Of a stretch of DNA of 64,000 nt, positions 36,639-46,035 are shown in pieces. The position numbers and the translations under genes were made by a program. The notes below the pieces were generated by a model. The model had not been told where the DNA came from, did no database searches, and saw only the letters and a list, made by a program, of their open reading frames with translations. The DNA is taken from positions 2,057 to 66,056 of the forward strand of contig VBKD01000174.1 of NCBI GenBank assembly GCA_005888075.1, read 5' to 3'. Numbering within the stretch: position 1 is the stretch's first letter; every line of letters begins with the position of its first letter. The DNA comes from Chloroflexota bacterium. Its GTDB lineage: Bacteria; Chloroflexota; Dormibacteria; Dormibacterales; Dormibacteraceae.

Positions 36639-36842
36639 TGAGGTTGGTCGCAACGGAGTACATCTCTCTCGACGGAGTCTTTGAAGAGCCGGGCCGCTGC
36701 CGGCCCGTTCTTCCCCGTCGTGCTCGGGAAGGGCAAGCGGCTCTTCGAGGAGGGCGACGCCAGGAGTGCGCTCCAGCTGGCCGAGACCAAGAGGTTCGCC
36801 GCAGGCATCGTCATTCTCGAGTACACGCCGCCCAAGGCGTAG
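36639..36842 (+). pseudogene. Remnant of a RibD_C / dihydrofolate-reductase-like family gene (internal deletion plus frameshift)
   Basis: The ATG at 36639 encodes MRLVATEYISLDGVFEEPG (a typical N-terminus of this ~190-aa family). After ~20 codons the family C-terminus ...PVVLGKGKRLFEEGDARSALQLAETKRFAAGIVILEYTPPKA* appears in another frame. About 130 codons are missing. Confidence 0.6.
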
Positions 36843-36854
36843 ACGTCGACAACA

Positions 36855-37793
36855 TCAGTCCGTCTCCCAAGACGCCCGAGCGAGGTCCATCTCGGCTCGG
36901 GTCGGTGGTTCCGCGCCGGCCTTTGCGCACGTCAGGGACGCGGCCAGGCAGGCAAACTCGAGCGCTGCCCGAAGCTCATCCTTTTCGAGGCGCAGGTTCG
37001 CGTCGATCCGATCGTGATCGTTCAGCCAGGCCAGGAACCCGGCGCTGAACGCGTCGCCCGCGCCGATCGTGTCGACCACTTCCACCGGCGGCGCTTCAAC
37101 GCTGACACGCACGTCATCGGTGATCGCAAATGCACCGCGGGGTCCGAGCGTGACTATGACGAGACGGGGGCCGGCCTCGAGCGTCTGCTCGGCGGCCGTC
37201 TCATATCCAACCCCCGGAATGAGCCACTGCAAATCGCTTTCGCTCGCCTTGACGATCGTCGCCTCTCCGATGAGTCGGTCGAGGCGATCTCGATATTCCT
37301 GCTCATCACTCAGCAAGCCAGGCCGGATGTTCGGATCCAGCATGACCAGGTGCCCGGAGCCTTCACTCCGGATGAGCTCCGCCAGCGTGGACGCCATTGG
37401 CTCGAGCACCAGCCCGAGCGTTCCGACATGAATGGCATTGATGTCGGGCGACAGGTGGTCCGGGATCATGGCCGGCGTGAGGTTTGGCGCTGAAGTGTCC
37501 TTCACGAAGAACTCATACTCCGCAAGACCGGCTCCATCGACATCGGCCACGGCCAACGTCGTCGGCTCGGGGCCATAGCTGGCCAGAGCAAGGCTTGCTC
37601 CATCCGCCGCCAGAAGCTCGGCTAGACGGCGGCCCAAGGCGTCGTTCGAGAGATGGCCGAGGAAGGCTGTCGGCACCTCAAGTCGCGCCAGCGCGCGAGC
37701 GGTGTTGAAAGGGCCGCCACCCGGCATCAGCTGCTGGGTCCCATCCGAGTTATTCAGTGCATCGACCAGCGCCTCTCCGCAAACAAGGATCAA
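36855..37793 (-). CDS. PfkB-family carbohydrate kinase (fructokinase-like)
   Basis: 312-aa ORF with GEALVD...GGGPFNTARALARLG-like N-terminal motifs and the C-terminal DTIGAGDAFSAGFL signature. Confidence 0.85.
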   Translation of the reverse strand: MILVCGEALVDALNNSDGTQQLMPGGGPFNTARALARLEVPTAFLGHLSNDALGRRLAELLAADGASLALASYGPEPTTLAVADVDGAGLAEYEFFVKDTSAPNLTPAMIPDHLSPDINAIHVGTLGLVLEPMASTLAELIRSEGSGHLVMLDPNIRPGLLSDEQEYRDRLDRLIGEATIVKASESDLQWLIPGVGYETAAEQTLEAGPRLVIVTLGPRGAFAITDDVRVSVEAPPVEVVDTIGAGDAFSAGFLAWLNDHDRIDANLRLEKDELRAALEFACLAASLTCAKAGAEPPTRAEMDLARASWETD

Positions 37794-38836
37794 GGCCTGA
37801 TCTCGCCGGACCCTCGCGCGATCAGGCGCGAAGGCACGATGTGGTGCGCCGACGGTGCGTGGTCGCCGTCGAGACGCCGGAAAAGCACCTCGGCCGCGGC
37901 GCGGCCGATTGCCGCTGGGTCCTGAGCGATGACCGTGATGGCCGGCTCGAGCAAGTCCGCCAGCAGGAAGTCGTCGAATCCGATCAGCGCCACCCGATTG
38001 TGCAGTCCCAATTTTCGAAGGGCGCGGAAGCCGCCGATCGTGATGAGGTTCTGGCCTGTGAACAGCGCGGTCGGTGGGCGCTTGCTTGAAAGCAGCTCGG
38101 TGGCGGCGGTCTCTGCGCTGGCGATGCCTCGGCAGTCAAGCCGAACGATGCTCTCGTCGACGGCGATTCCTGCGGCAGCGAGCTCGTCGAGGTAGCCCTG
38201 ATACCGCATCACCGCCGTGGAGATCGACAGCAGGTCGCCGATGTACCCGATTCGTCTGTGCCCGTGGCCTATCAGGTGGCGAATTCCGCGCCGCACACCG
38301 AGGTCGTTATCGGTCAGCACGGTGTCCGCGTCCAGAAAGGCGGGCGGCCGGTCGACGAAAACGATCGCGGTCCCAGCCTGACGCTCGCTCAGCAAATAAC
38401 TGTGGTCATGGCTCGCCGGAATGATGATCAGCCCGTCGACGCGCCGCGACGTAAAGGCCGACACGATCTCGCGCTCACGAGAGGCATCCTCGTCGGAGCT
38501 GGCGGCGAGCACGAGCACTCCTCTCTCACCGGCGACATCCTCGATGGAGCGGTGCAGAGTCGAGGAGAACGGGTTGCCGACGTCCTCCAGCACGACGCCG
38601 ATGGTTGCGCTCTTGCCGTCGGCGCGGCGCAGGCTGCTGGCGGTCAGGTTGGGCCGGTAACCGAGGCGATCGACCGCGGCCAGGACTCGACTGCGGACCT
38701 TGGCCGACACGGCCGGCTCCCCGTTGACCACCCGAGAAACGGTCTTGAGGCTGACGCCGGCCAGGGCGGCAACCTCGCGGATGGTCGGTCGCCGCCGATT
38801 CTGAGCGCTGGGATTTGGCCTGTCCAACGTTGACAT
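37790..38836 (-). CDS. LacI-family transcriptional repressor
   Basis: This is the 3' part of ORF 37790..39556. The ATG at 38836 gives MSTLDRPNPSAQNRRRPTIREVAALAGVSLKTVSRVVNGEP...YRPN (HTH_LacI), followed by a periplasmic-binding-protein-like sugar-sensing domain. Confidence 0.9.
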   Translation of the reverse strand: MSTLDRPNPSAQNRRRPTIREVAALAGVSLKTVSRVVNGEPAVSAKVRSRVLAAVDRLGYRPNLTASSLRRADGKSATIGVVLEDVGNPFSSTLHRSIEDVAGERGVLVLAASSDEDASREREIVSAFTSRRVDGLIIIPASHDHSYLLSERQAGTAIVFVDRPPAFLDADTVLTDNDLGVRRGIRHLIGHGHRRIGYIGDLLSISTAVMRYQGYLDELAAAGIAVDESIVRLDCRGIASAETAATELLSSKRPPTALFTGQNLITIGGFRALRKLGLHNRVALIGFDDFLLADLLEPAITVIAQDPAAIGRAAAEVLFRRLDGDHAPSAHHIVPSRLIARGSGEIRP

Positions 38837-38908
38837 ATCTTTCCAGATCCATTCCCGGAGCGGGGGGTTTTGAACGGGGCTTGCGCGTTGTCCAAGGATA
38901 TGCTTAGA

Positions 38909-38938
38909 TTGACAACGTTGTAAGTTGACAACGTTGTC
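38909..38938. promoter_or_regulatory. Tandem LacI-type operator palindromes in the lacI / ABC-operon divergent region
   Basis: TTGACAACGTTGTAAG (38909-38924) is immediately repeated as TTGACAACGTTGTCTG (38925-38940). The core GACAACGTTGTC is a perfect 12-bp palindrome with a central CG, as is typical for LacI/GalR operators. Confidence 0.6.
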
Positions 38939-39001
38939 TGTTTGGCGATCGAGCTGGCGGCGAGGTTGTCGAATCCTGAACTGAACCAAGAGGTGACTCG
39001 C

Positions 39002-40372
39002 ATGAAGGTGCACAAACTTCGGCGTTCGCTCAGCGGTATCAAAGTCGCCATATCCGGCGGCCGCATGGCCGTGATCGTGGTCTTGTTGATCGCGGTCGGG
39101 GCGTGCAGCGGCGGAGCCGGCGGCGGCGGGGGCGGCGCGGGTACCACGACCCTGACGATCGCGTCGGTCCAGAACGATGCGATGACGGATCTGAAGGGGC
39201 TCGTTCCCGACTTCCAAAAGGCTCACCCGAATATCAAGGTCAACATCGTGACCCTGCCCGAGGACCAGGTCAGGCAACAGGTGACCCAGGACGTTGCGAC
39301 CAAGAGCGGGAAGTACGACCTGTTCACGATTGGCACTTACGAGGTGCCGCTGTGGGCGAAGAAGACCTGGCTCGAAGATCTGGCGCCTTACATCGCAAAG
39401 GATTCGTCTTATGACGCCAATGACCTCATCCCCGGAGTCAAGTCGGCCCTCAGCTACAAGAACGATCTCTACGCGGTACCTTTCTATGGCGAGTCCTCGA
39501 TGCTCATGTATCGCAAGGACATGCTGGCGGCCAAGGGCGTGACGATGCCGGATCACCCGACCTGGGACCAGGTGGCGGCGGCCGCCCGGGCGGTCAACGG
39601 CAACGGCGTGAACGGCATCTGCCTGAGGGGACTCCCTGGTTGGGGCGAGCAGCTCGCTCCACTCGACACCGTGGTGAACACATTCGGCGGTCGGTGGTTT
39701 GACCAGAGCTGGAACGCGCAGTTGAACACGCAGCAGTGGAAGGACGCCGTTACCTTTTATGTAAATCTGCTCAAGACGGCAGGCGAGCCTGGCGCCGGCA
39801 ACGCGGGATTCACCGAGTGCCTGAACGCGTACAACAGCGGCAAGGTCGCGATGTGGTACGACGCCACCGTGGCCGCCAGCTTCTTCACCGGGGACGCCGC
39901 GACGAACTCGGGCTATGCCTACGCGCCCACCAAGGTCAAGGATTGGTCGGGTTGGCTGTGGGCGTGGTCGCTCGGGATGCCTTCCACCAGCACCAAGAAG
40001 GATGCGGCCTGGACCTTTATGAGCTGGGCCACGAACAAGGACTATGCGAAGTTGGTCGGAAGCAAATTGGGGTGGAAGCGGGTGGCGCCGGGAACTCGCA
40101 CCTCGACATATGCGCTCCCGGAGTACAAAGCTGCCTCGGCCGGTTTCGCGCAGGTCACACTCGACTCAATCGCCCACGCCGACATCACACACCCCACGGT
40201 CGATCCGGTTCCGTACATCGGAATCCAGTACGTCGACATTGACGAATTCCAGCAACTCGGCGACCAGGTCTCCCAGGAGTTCGCCAAGGTGATTGCAGGC
40301 ACTCAAACAATCGACCAGGCACTGCAAAAAGCCCAAGCTTTGGCAGCAGCGGTCGGCAAAGCTCACCAGTAA
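39002..40372 (+). CDS. Carbohydrate/polyol ABC transporter substrate-binding lipoprotein
   Basis: ORF 38942..40372. The ATG at 39002 gives MKVHKLRR...VVLLIAVGACSGG (lipobox). Family-1 SBP blocks include YDLFTIGTYEVPLWAKKTWLEDL and NDLYAVPFYGESSMLMYRKD. Confidence 0.85.
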   Translation: MKVHKLRRSLSGIKVAISGGRMAVIVVLLIAVGACSGGAGGGGGGAGTTTLTIASVQNDAMTDLKGLVPDFQKAHPNIKVNIVTLPEDQVRQQVTQDVATKSGKYDLFTIGTYEVPLWAKKTWLEDLAPYIAKDSSYDANDLIPGVKSALSYKNDLYAVPFYGESSMLMYRKDMLAAKGVTMPDHPTWDQVAAAARAVNGNGVNGICLRGLPGWGEQLAPLDTVVNTFGGRWFDQSWNAQLNTQQWKDAVTFYVNLLKTAGEPGAGNAGFTECLNAYNSGKVAMWYDATVAASFFTGDAATNSGYAYAPTKVKDWSGWLWAWSLGMPSTSTKKDAAWTFMSWATNKDYAKLVGSKLGWKRVAPGTRTSTYALPEYKAASAGFAQVTLDSIAHADITHPTVDPVPYIGIQYVDIDEFQQLGDQVSQEFAKVIAGTQTIDQALQKAQALAAAVGKAHQ

Positions 40373-41353
40373 TTGAAAAGTGATCTCGAAAAGAGATCGC
40401 CCCAAGTGAAAAGCGTCAGTAGCGTCCTCCTCCGTTCGGCCGCCGGGAGCGGAGGCGTTCAAACCGCCTCCGTTTCCCGCCGGGAGTCCTGGCTGCGGCG
40501 CGTGCCCCTGCTCCCGGCTTTCATCTTCGTCTTGCTCCTGACGCAGATCCCGTTTGTGCTGACGATCTATTACAGCTTTTTCTCGTGGAACCTTCTCAAC
40601 GAGGGCAGCTTCCGTTTCGCAGGGCTCGAGAACTACGCGAGGCTCTTGACCGACGAACGCCTCCGGACTGCTGTCCTGAACACCGTGGTCTTGACTGTTG
40701 CCGTGATCGCCATTTCGGTCATCCTCGGCCTGGCGGTGGCTTCGCTGCTGAACTCGGAGGTTTTCGGCAAGGGTCTGATGCGCACGCTCATGATCGCGCC
40801 ATTCCTCATCATGCCCACCGCTGGTGCTCTGGTCTGGAAGGACACGCTTCTCAACCCGCTGTTCGGCCTGCTTCCTTATTTGCTGACCCCATTCGGCCTT
40901 GGCCGCGTGGACTTGGTCAACCAGTTTCCGATGGCGACAGTCGTGACCGTGGAGGTCTGGCGCTGGACGCCGTTCATGATGCTCATCATCCTCGCCGGCC
41001 TCCAATCACAGAACCCTGAGATCCTGGAGGCGGCGCGCGTCGACGGGGCGAACGCCTTCCAGTCTTTTCGCCGGATCACCCTGCCTCTGGTGCGGCCCTT
41101 CATCGAGCTCGGTGCATTGCTGGGATCACTTTTCGTGGTCCAGACCTACGACTCCATCTACATGCTGACCTATGGCGGTCCGGGCCAGGACACCACCAAC
41201 ATCCCGTTCCTGCTCTACGAAGTTGCCTTTCAGGGCTACAACATCGGCCAGGCCTCCGCGATCGGGGTGGTCGCCGTGATCATGACCATCATCGTCGCCA
41301 CTTTTGCGCTGCGCACGCTGTTCTCGATCTTTCAGGTGGAGGCCAGGCGATGA
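40373..41353 (+). CDS. Carbohydrate ABC transporter permease
   Basis: 326-aa ORF with 6 TM segments and the EAA-loop LEAARVDGANAFQSFRRITLPLV. The start is uncertain (TTG at 40373 or GTG at 40406). Confidence 0.8.
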   Translation: MKSDLEKRSPQVKSVSSVLLRSAAGSGGVQTASVSRRESWLRRVPLLPAFIFVLLLTQIPFVLTIYYSFFSWNLLNEGSFRFAGLENYARLLTDERLRTAVLNTVVLTVAVIAISVILGLAVASLLNSEVFGKGLMRTLMIAPFLIMPTAGALVWKDTLLNPLFGLLPYLLTPFGLGRVDLVNQFPMATVVTVEVWRWTPFMMLIILAGLQSQNPEILEAARVDGANAFQSFRRITLPLVRPFIELGALLGSLFVVQTYDSIYMLTYGGPGQDTTNIPFLLYEVAFQGYNIGQASAIGVVAVIMTIIVATFALRTLFSIFQVEARR

Positions 41354-42177
41354 GCACTGCCAGGACGGGACTCCGCTCGAGATTGTTGTGGTCGGTGGTC
41401 GGCTGGCTTGTCGTGTTCGTCTTCTTCTTCCCAGTCCTTTGGATGTGGTTGGAAAGTCTCAAGACGGAGCCGCAAGCCGCCAGCTCGCCGCCCACGATCC
41501 TGTTCGCGCCGACACTGATGGAGTTCCAGGACGTGCTCTCCGGCGACTTCCCACCCTTCTTCATCAACTCGGCGATCGCAAGCCTGGTTTCGACTTTTCT
41601 GGTCCTCGTGCTCGGATTGCCCGCCGCGTACGCCCTTGCCATCAGGCCGGTGAAGAAGACTCAAGACGTGCTCTTCTTCTTCATCTCGACCCGCTTCCTG
41701 CCGTTTGCCGCCAGCCTCGTGCCGCTGTACCTGCTGGCCCGGGACCTGCACCTGCTCGACAACATCCTGGCGCTGATCCTCATCTACACCACGATCAACC
41801 TCCCGCTCGGGGTGTGGCTGCTGCGCTCGTTTCTCCTCGAGATTCCTCCCGATCTCTTTGAGGCGGCGCGCGTCGACGGCGCCCAGTTTCGGCACGAGAT
41901 ACTTCGAATCGTGGTGCCCCTGATCGCGCCCGGGATTGCGGCCACCTCCTTGATCTGCCTCATCTTCAGCTGGAACGAGTTCTTCTACGCGGTCAACTTC
42001 ACTTCCTCCGTCGCGGCCACCGCGCCGATCTTCCTGGTCGGCTTCATCAGCGGCCGCGGCCTGTTCTACGCGAAGCTGGCGGCAGCCGCCACGCTGGCCA
42101 GCCTGCCGGTCTTGCTGGCAGGGTGGATCGCGCAGAAACAGCTCATCCGCGGACTAACCATGGGGGCGGTCAAATGA
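41350..42177 (+). CDS. Carbohydrate ABC transporter permease
   Basis: 275-aa ORF with an ATGA overlap and the EAA-loop FEAARVDGAQFRHEILRIVVPLI. Confidence 0.85.
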   Translation: MSTARTGLRSRLLWSVVGWLVVFVFFFPVLWMWLESLKTEPQAASSPPTILFAPTLMEFQDVLSGDFPPFFINSAIASLVSTFLVLVLGLPAAYALAIRPVKKTQDVLFFFISTRFLPFAASLVPLYLLARDLHLLDNILALILIYTTINLPLGVWLLRSFLLEIPPDLFEAARVDGAQFRHEILRIVVPLIAPGIAATSLICLIFSWNEFFYAVNFTSSVAATAPIFLVGFISGRGLFYAKLAAAATLASLPVLLAGWIAQKQLIRGLTMGAVK

Positions 42178-43172
42178 AGGCAGTGGTGATCGAGGAGCCG
42201 GGCAAGGTTGCCGTGCGGTCGATTGACGACCCCACGCCCGGTGAGATGGACGCGATCGTCAAGGTGGAAGCCTGCGGGATCTGCGGCACGGACATCCATG
42301 TCCTGCAAGGTGAGTTCGCTCCGACCCGCTACCCGATCGTTCCCGGCCACGAGTTCTGCGGCGAGGTGGTGGCCGTGGGCTCTGGCGTGAGCAACGTTTC
42401 GATCGGAGATTTCGTAGCCGTGGATCCTTCGCTCTATTGCGGGCATTGCAAGATGTGCCGCCTCGGCCGCTTCAATCTCTGCGAGAACTGGAACGCGGTC
42501 GGCGTCGGGAGCGTCAACGGCGCCTGCGCCGAGCTCGTCAGGGTCCCGTCCGCGAGCGCGTTCCAGGTGGAGGCCGACTTTCCCCGCCACTGGGCCACAC
42601 TCGTCGAGCCGCTGTCCTGCGTCGTGCATGGCCTTGACCAGTTCGGTCCCAAGCCCGCCGACGATTACCTCATCTATGGCGCCGGGACGATGGGCCTTCT
42701 GCTCGCGCAGCTGGTGAAGCACAACGGTGCGGGCGGCCTGGACATGGTCGAGACCAACCCGGCGCGTCACCAGCTGGCTAAGCGATTGGCCGCCGATCGG
42801 GTCGTGGCATCGGCGGACGAGCTCGACCGGCCGCAGGGCTGGGACGTTGTGATCGATGCGACGGGCGTCGTCCCCGCCATCGAGGATGGAATTCGACGAG
42901 TCGCTCGTGGCGGCACTTTTTTGATGTTCGGCGTTGCTCGCTCGGATGCGAGTGCCAAGATCTCACCCTTTCGCGTCTACAACGACGAGATCCGGATCAT
43001 CGGCTCGATGGCGGTTCTCCATAGCTTCGAGCGCGCGCTTGCGCTGTTCGAGAAGGGCGTCATCGACAGCGACGCCATGATCACCAACCGTTTCGGTCTG
43101 GACGACTACATGAACGCGATCGACGCGTTCCGGTCTGGCGGCGGGCTCAAGGTCCAGGTGCGGCCAAACTGA
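42174..43172 (+). CDS. Zinc-dependent medium-chain dehydrogenase (sorbitol/threonine dehydrogenase-like)
   Basis: This is the 3' part of ORF 42123..43172. The ATG at 42174 (MKAVVIEEPGKV) overlaps the permease stop. Motifs CGICGTDIHV, GHEFCGEVV, the structural Zn cluster CGHCKMCRLGRFNLC, and GAGTMG. Confidence 0.85.
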   Translation: MKAVVIEEPGKVAVRSIDDPTPGEMDAIVKVEACGICGTDIHVLQGEFAPTRYPIVPGHEFCGEVVAVGSGVSNVSIGDFVAVDPSLYCGHCKMCRLGRFNLCENWNAVGVGSVNGACAELVRVPSASAFQVEADFPRHWATLVEPLSCVVHGLDQFGPKPADDYLIYGAGTMGLLLAQLVKHNGAGGLDMVETNPARHQLAKRLAADRVVASADELDRPQGWDVVIDATGVVPAIEDGIRRVARGGTFLMFGVARSDASAKISPFRVYNDEIRIIGSMAVLHSFERALALFEKGVIDSDAMITNRFGLDDYMNAIDAFRSGGGLKVQVRPN

Positions 43173-43320
43173 CCGGTCTCCCGCGCGCGTCTATATCTAA
43201 TGTGGCGCGACGGAGTCGATTGGGCTCGGCTATCTGAATCTCGAATGGGCCGCGCCCGCGGTCTCGGGCGTAAGCCGAGTTTCGTGCCGCACCGGTGACG
43301 CGCGGTCGTAGATTGCTTTT

Positions 43321-43527
43321 ATGAGCGACGTGATTCCCCCGGAAGGGGCGACCGACGAGCAGGTGGACGCCTTCATCGCGAGCCTGCGCGCGGAGGCGCG
43401 CGCAAGGGTGCGCGAGATGATGGCCGCCGGGGCTTCCGAGGACGAGATCACCGAGTACATCGAAAGCTTGGAATCGGCTGGGAGCGACGCCGCCGAAGGT
43501 ACGTCATCCTCCGCCGGCGGAGCGTGA
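43321..43527 (+). CDS. Hypothetical small acidic protein
   Basis: 68-aa ORF (MSDVIPPEGATDEQVDAFIASLRAEARARVREMM...). No obvious SD and no family recognised. It may not be expressed. Confidence 0.3.
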   Translation: MSDVIPPEGATDEQVDAFIASLRAEARARVREMMAAGASEDEITEYIESLESAGSDAAEGTSSSAGGA

Positions 43528-43693
43528 GGGACATTGGTGAAGCTTCGGATGCCGCTATTTTCGTTTGCCCTGCAAACTATGGATTAGGATTGAATCAAAG
43601 GCGAAACTTGGCTTTTAGGGGCGCCAGGTTTACCAAAACATCAGCCGGCGACGGCCGCGATCGCCAACCAATTAACAAGGGAGGCGGCCGCCC

Positions 43694-44740
43694 ATGGAAG
43701 CCCATGACAGCGCCAACGTCGGCCCGGTCCCACTGACCGGGGACGGTAAGGAAACCTCGGACCGACCAGAACCAGGCGATCTGACAGCCCACCCGGCGGG
43801 GCACTCCGCTGCCGCTCTGGATGTGTGGCAGCTCCGCTACTTCGTTGCGGTCGCTGAGGCCTTGCATTTCGGTCGGGCGGCGGAGCGCCTACACGTTTCC
43901 CAACCGTCGTTGAGCCGCCAGATCCAGCATCTCGAGCGTCAGTTGGGGGTGCTGCTGCTGAATCGAGACAAGCACACGGTCATCCTGACGGCGGCCGGTT
44001 GGGCGCTGCTCCACGAAGCCCGTCAGATCGTCGGGATGACCCAGCGCGCCGAGCGAATCGTTCGGAGCGTCGGCAACAAGCCGGCGGGGGCGCTCCGCAT
44101 CGGGGTGAGCGAGCCGTTGAGCTGGATAGTCAACAGCCCGGTCCTACGGCGTATGGCGGAAATGTATCCAGCCGTCCATCCATCGCTCGAGGACATGTCC
44201 GCCGCCGACCAGATCAGCGCGTTGCGATACCGGCAGCTCGACATCGCGATGGTCTGGGAGCCGGCGAACGCGAATGAGTCGAGTGGGGAGTTCGAACGCC
44301 TGGAGCTGTGGGAAGACGATCCTTGGCTCGTCATGGCGCCGACCCACGAACTGGCAAGAAAGAGCGTTATCGGGCGCGAGGACCTCACCAGCCAAAAAAT
44401 CCTGCTGTGGCGCCGGCAAGAGAACCCAGCTCTTTTTGACGAGGTCCTTCATGCCCTCAGATCCTGGGGCATCCACCAGCAACCCATCGTTGGCGACGGT
44501 TCGGGTCTCTTGAGCTTGATAAGGGCCGGACTTGGTGTAGCTCTTGCGCCCAACCACGCGGCCCAGTTGCTGGGAGGTTTGGTCGCTAGGCCCCTGGCTG
44601 AAGCAATCCTGAAATACCGAGCGGTTTTGGTGTGGCGCCGCGCGGAGAAGACACCTGCGCTGCGCGGCTACGTGGAAATTGCAAAAGCGCTACGAGACAG
44701 CAGCTACTGGTCCGATCCCGTCCTTCCCCAGGCTATTTAA
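43694..44740 (+). CDS. LysR-family transcriptional regulator
   Basis: 348-aa ORF with an ATG behind AAGGGAGG. HTH: LRYFVAVAEALHFGRAAERLHVSQPSLSRQIQHLE, followed by a LysR substrate-binding domain. The ~43-aa N-terminal extension is atypical. Confidence 0.85.
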   Translation: MEAHDSANVGPVPLTGDGKETSDRPEPGDLTAHPAGHSAAALDVWQLRYFVAVAEALHFGRAAERLHVSQPSLSRQIQHLERQLGVLLLNRDKHTVILTAAGWALLHEARQIVGMTQRAERIVRSVGNKPAGALRIGVSEPLSWIVNSPVLRRMAEMYPAVHPSLEDMSAADQISALRYRQLDIAMVWEPANANESSGEFERLELWEDDPWLVMAPTHELARKSVIGREDLTSQKILLWRRQENPALFDEVLHALRSWGIHQQPIVGDGSGLLSLIRAGLGVALAPNHAAQLLGGLVARPLAEAILKYRAVLVWRRAEKTPALRGYVEIAKALRDSSYWSDPVLPQAI

Positions 44741-45294
44741 GCCGGAATTCCGCGAGAGCCATCGTGCGGCTGCCGGACCAGCACCGCAGCCTGGGTTCGG
44801 TTGCGGACGCCCAGCTTGAGGAAGATGTGCTCGACGTGCCGATTCACCGTCGAAATCGAGATCGCGAGACCGTGAGAGATGTCCCGGTTGGTCAGACCCG
44901 CTCGGATCATCCTCAATATCTGGCGCTCCCTCACCGTTAGCGTCTCCAACGAAGCCGGAGCACTGCCTGGAGTTCCTGTCGTGCGGCCTACGACCGATAC
45001 GACGTTCGCCAGCAGGACCACCTCTCCATAAGAGAGCGCCAGCCAGACGGGCGTATCCGAGTGAGCGGCTCTTACGCGCTGGACGGCGGACATCGCCGCG
45101 TCGGCATCGTCGAAGTGGCAGTGAAGGATCACCCTGTCTACGGCCCGGCCCCGAATCGCGCTCTGGATCTCGTCCGGCGCGACCTGCCACCGCACGACGA
45201 AGCCCAGATCTTCAGCGGGAAAATCATCCGGGCTGTGTGAGGCGTATTCGACCAGCCCAATGGGCACAGGCCTTGCCGGTTCTCTCAGTTCCAT
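44737..45294 (-). CDS. LuxR/FixJ-type HTH transcriptional regulator with an unrecognised N-terminal domain
   Basis: ORF 44737..45348. The ATG at 45294 gives MELREPARPV. The C-terminal LTVRERQILRMIRAGLTNRDISHGLAISISTVNRHVEHIFLKLGV is a GerE/LuxR HTH. No receiver domain is present. Confidence 0.75.
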   Translation of the reverse strand: MELREPARPVPIGLVEYASHSPDDFPAEDLGFVVRWQVAPDEIQSAIRGRAVDRVILHCHFDDADAAMSAVQRVRAAHSDTPVWLALSYGEVVLLANVVSVVGRTTGTPGSAPASLETLTVRERQILRMIRAGLTNRDISHGLAISISTVNRHVEHIFLKLGVRNRTQAAVLVRQPHDGSRGIPA

Positions 45295-45615
45295 CGTTCC
45301 CCCCAACCCTTGCAAGGTCCACGCCCTGTTGATTCGGGCCGCCACCATCCGCCGATTGCTGCACTGCTAATCAGATTTAATGACTCGCTTATCGTTACGC
45401 GATTAGCATCCGGCAAACGGATAGCACTTGTCCAATGCCGGTTCCGTATCGACACCATCACGTGTCGTATCACCGTGGCGGTTCGGCGTCTGTGTCGTCC
45501 GTAATTGAGTGTTGTCCGCGGCGCCCGCCGGCGTCCCCGCATCCTCGGTAATCCGCACTGTCAGGGTCACCAATTGTCGTCTCTGAATTCCTCATCCATA
45601 TTTGATGGCGCGCAG

Positions 45616-46020
45616 ATGGGCAACTGTTTTTCCGAGACCCGCCAGAGGGTTCTGCTCGTTGAAGACGACATTGCGACCGCCGACATGTATCGGCTTGGGC
45701 TCGAGATGTCGGGCTACGTTGTGGACGTGGCCGGGGACGGGGTTTCCGCCCTGCGAGTCGTGATTGAGGAGCACAAGACCGACGTCGTGGTGTTGGACTT
45801 GGGGCTTCCGCGGATGGGCGGCATCAGAGTCCTTGCGGCGCTTCAGGAGACGGGCTTCACGGCGGACATCCCCGTGATCGTCCTGTCCAACGACACGGAG
45901 GACTTTCCGGCGGCGCTTGGAGCCGGCGCGATCCAATGCCTGACGAAGTCAAGGACGACTCCGACCGAGCTGATCACCCGGATCCGAGGGGTCGCGGCCG
46001 AATATTTGCGGGGCGCGTGA
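45616..46020 (+). CDS. Single-domain response regulator (receiver only), paralog 1
   Basis: This is the 3' part of ORF 45505..46020, starting at the ATG at 45616. Motifs RVLLVEDD, VVVLDLGLPRMGG, VIVLSND and CLTKS carry all the canonical receiver residues. There is no output domain. Confidence 0.8.
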   Translation: MGNCFSETRQRVLLVEDDIATADMYRLGLEMSGYVVDVAGDGVSALRVVIEEHKTDVVVLDLGLPRMGGIRVLAALQETGFTADIPVIVLSNDTEDFPAALGAGAIQCLTKSRTTPTELITRIRGVAAEYLRGA

Positions 46021-46035
46021 CACCGAGCCCGAGCC

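Noticed and set aside
38837-39556. Upstream extension of the LacI ORF (ORF 37790..39556, 588 aa), antisense to the ABC substrate-binding gene
   Set aside because: The LacI HTH begins right after the ATG at 38836. The extension crosses the operator region and runs antisense to a well-supported lipoprotein gene.
43528-43693. Relatively AT-rich spacer upstream of the LysR gene, as a possible sRNA locus
   Set aside because: There is no convincing promoter plus terminator pair or conserved structure that I can verify by eye. It most simply holds the LysR promoter and the strong AAGGGAGG SD.
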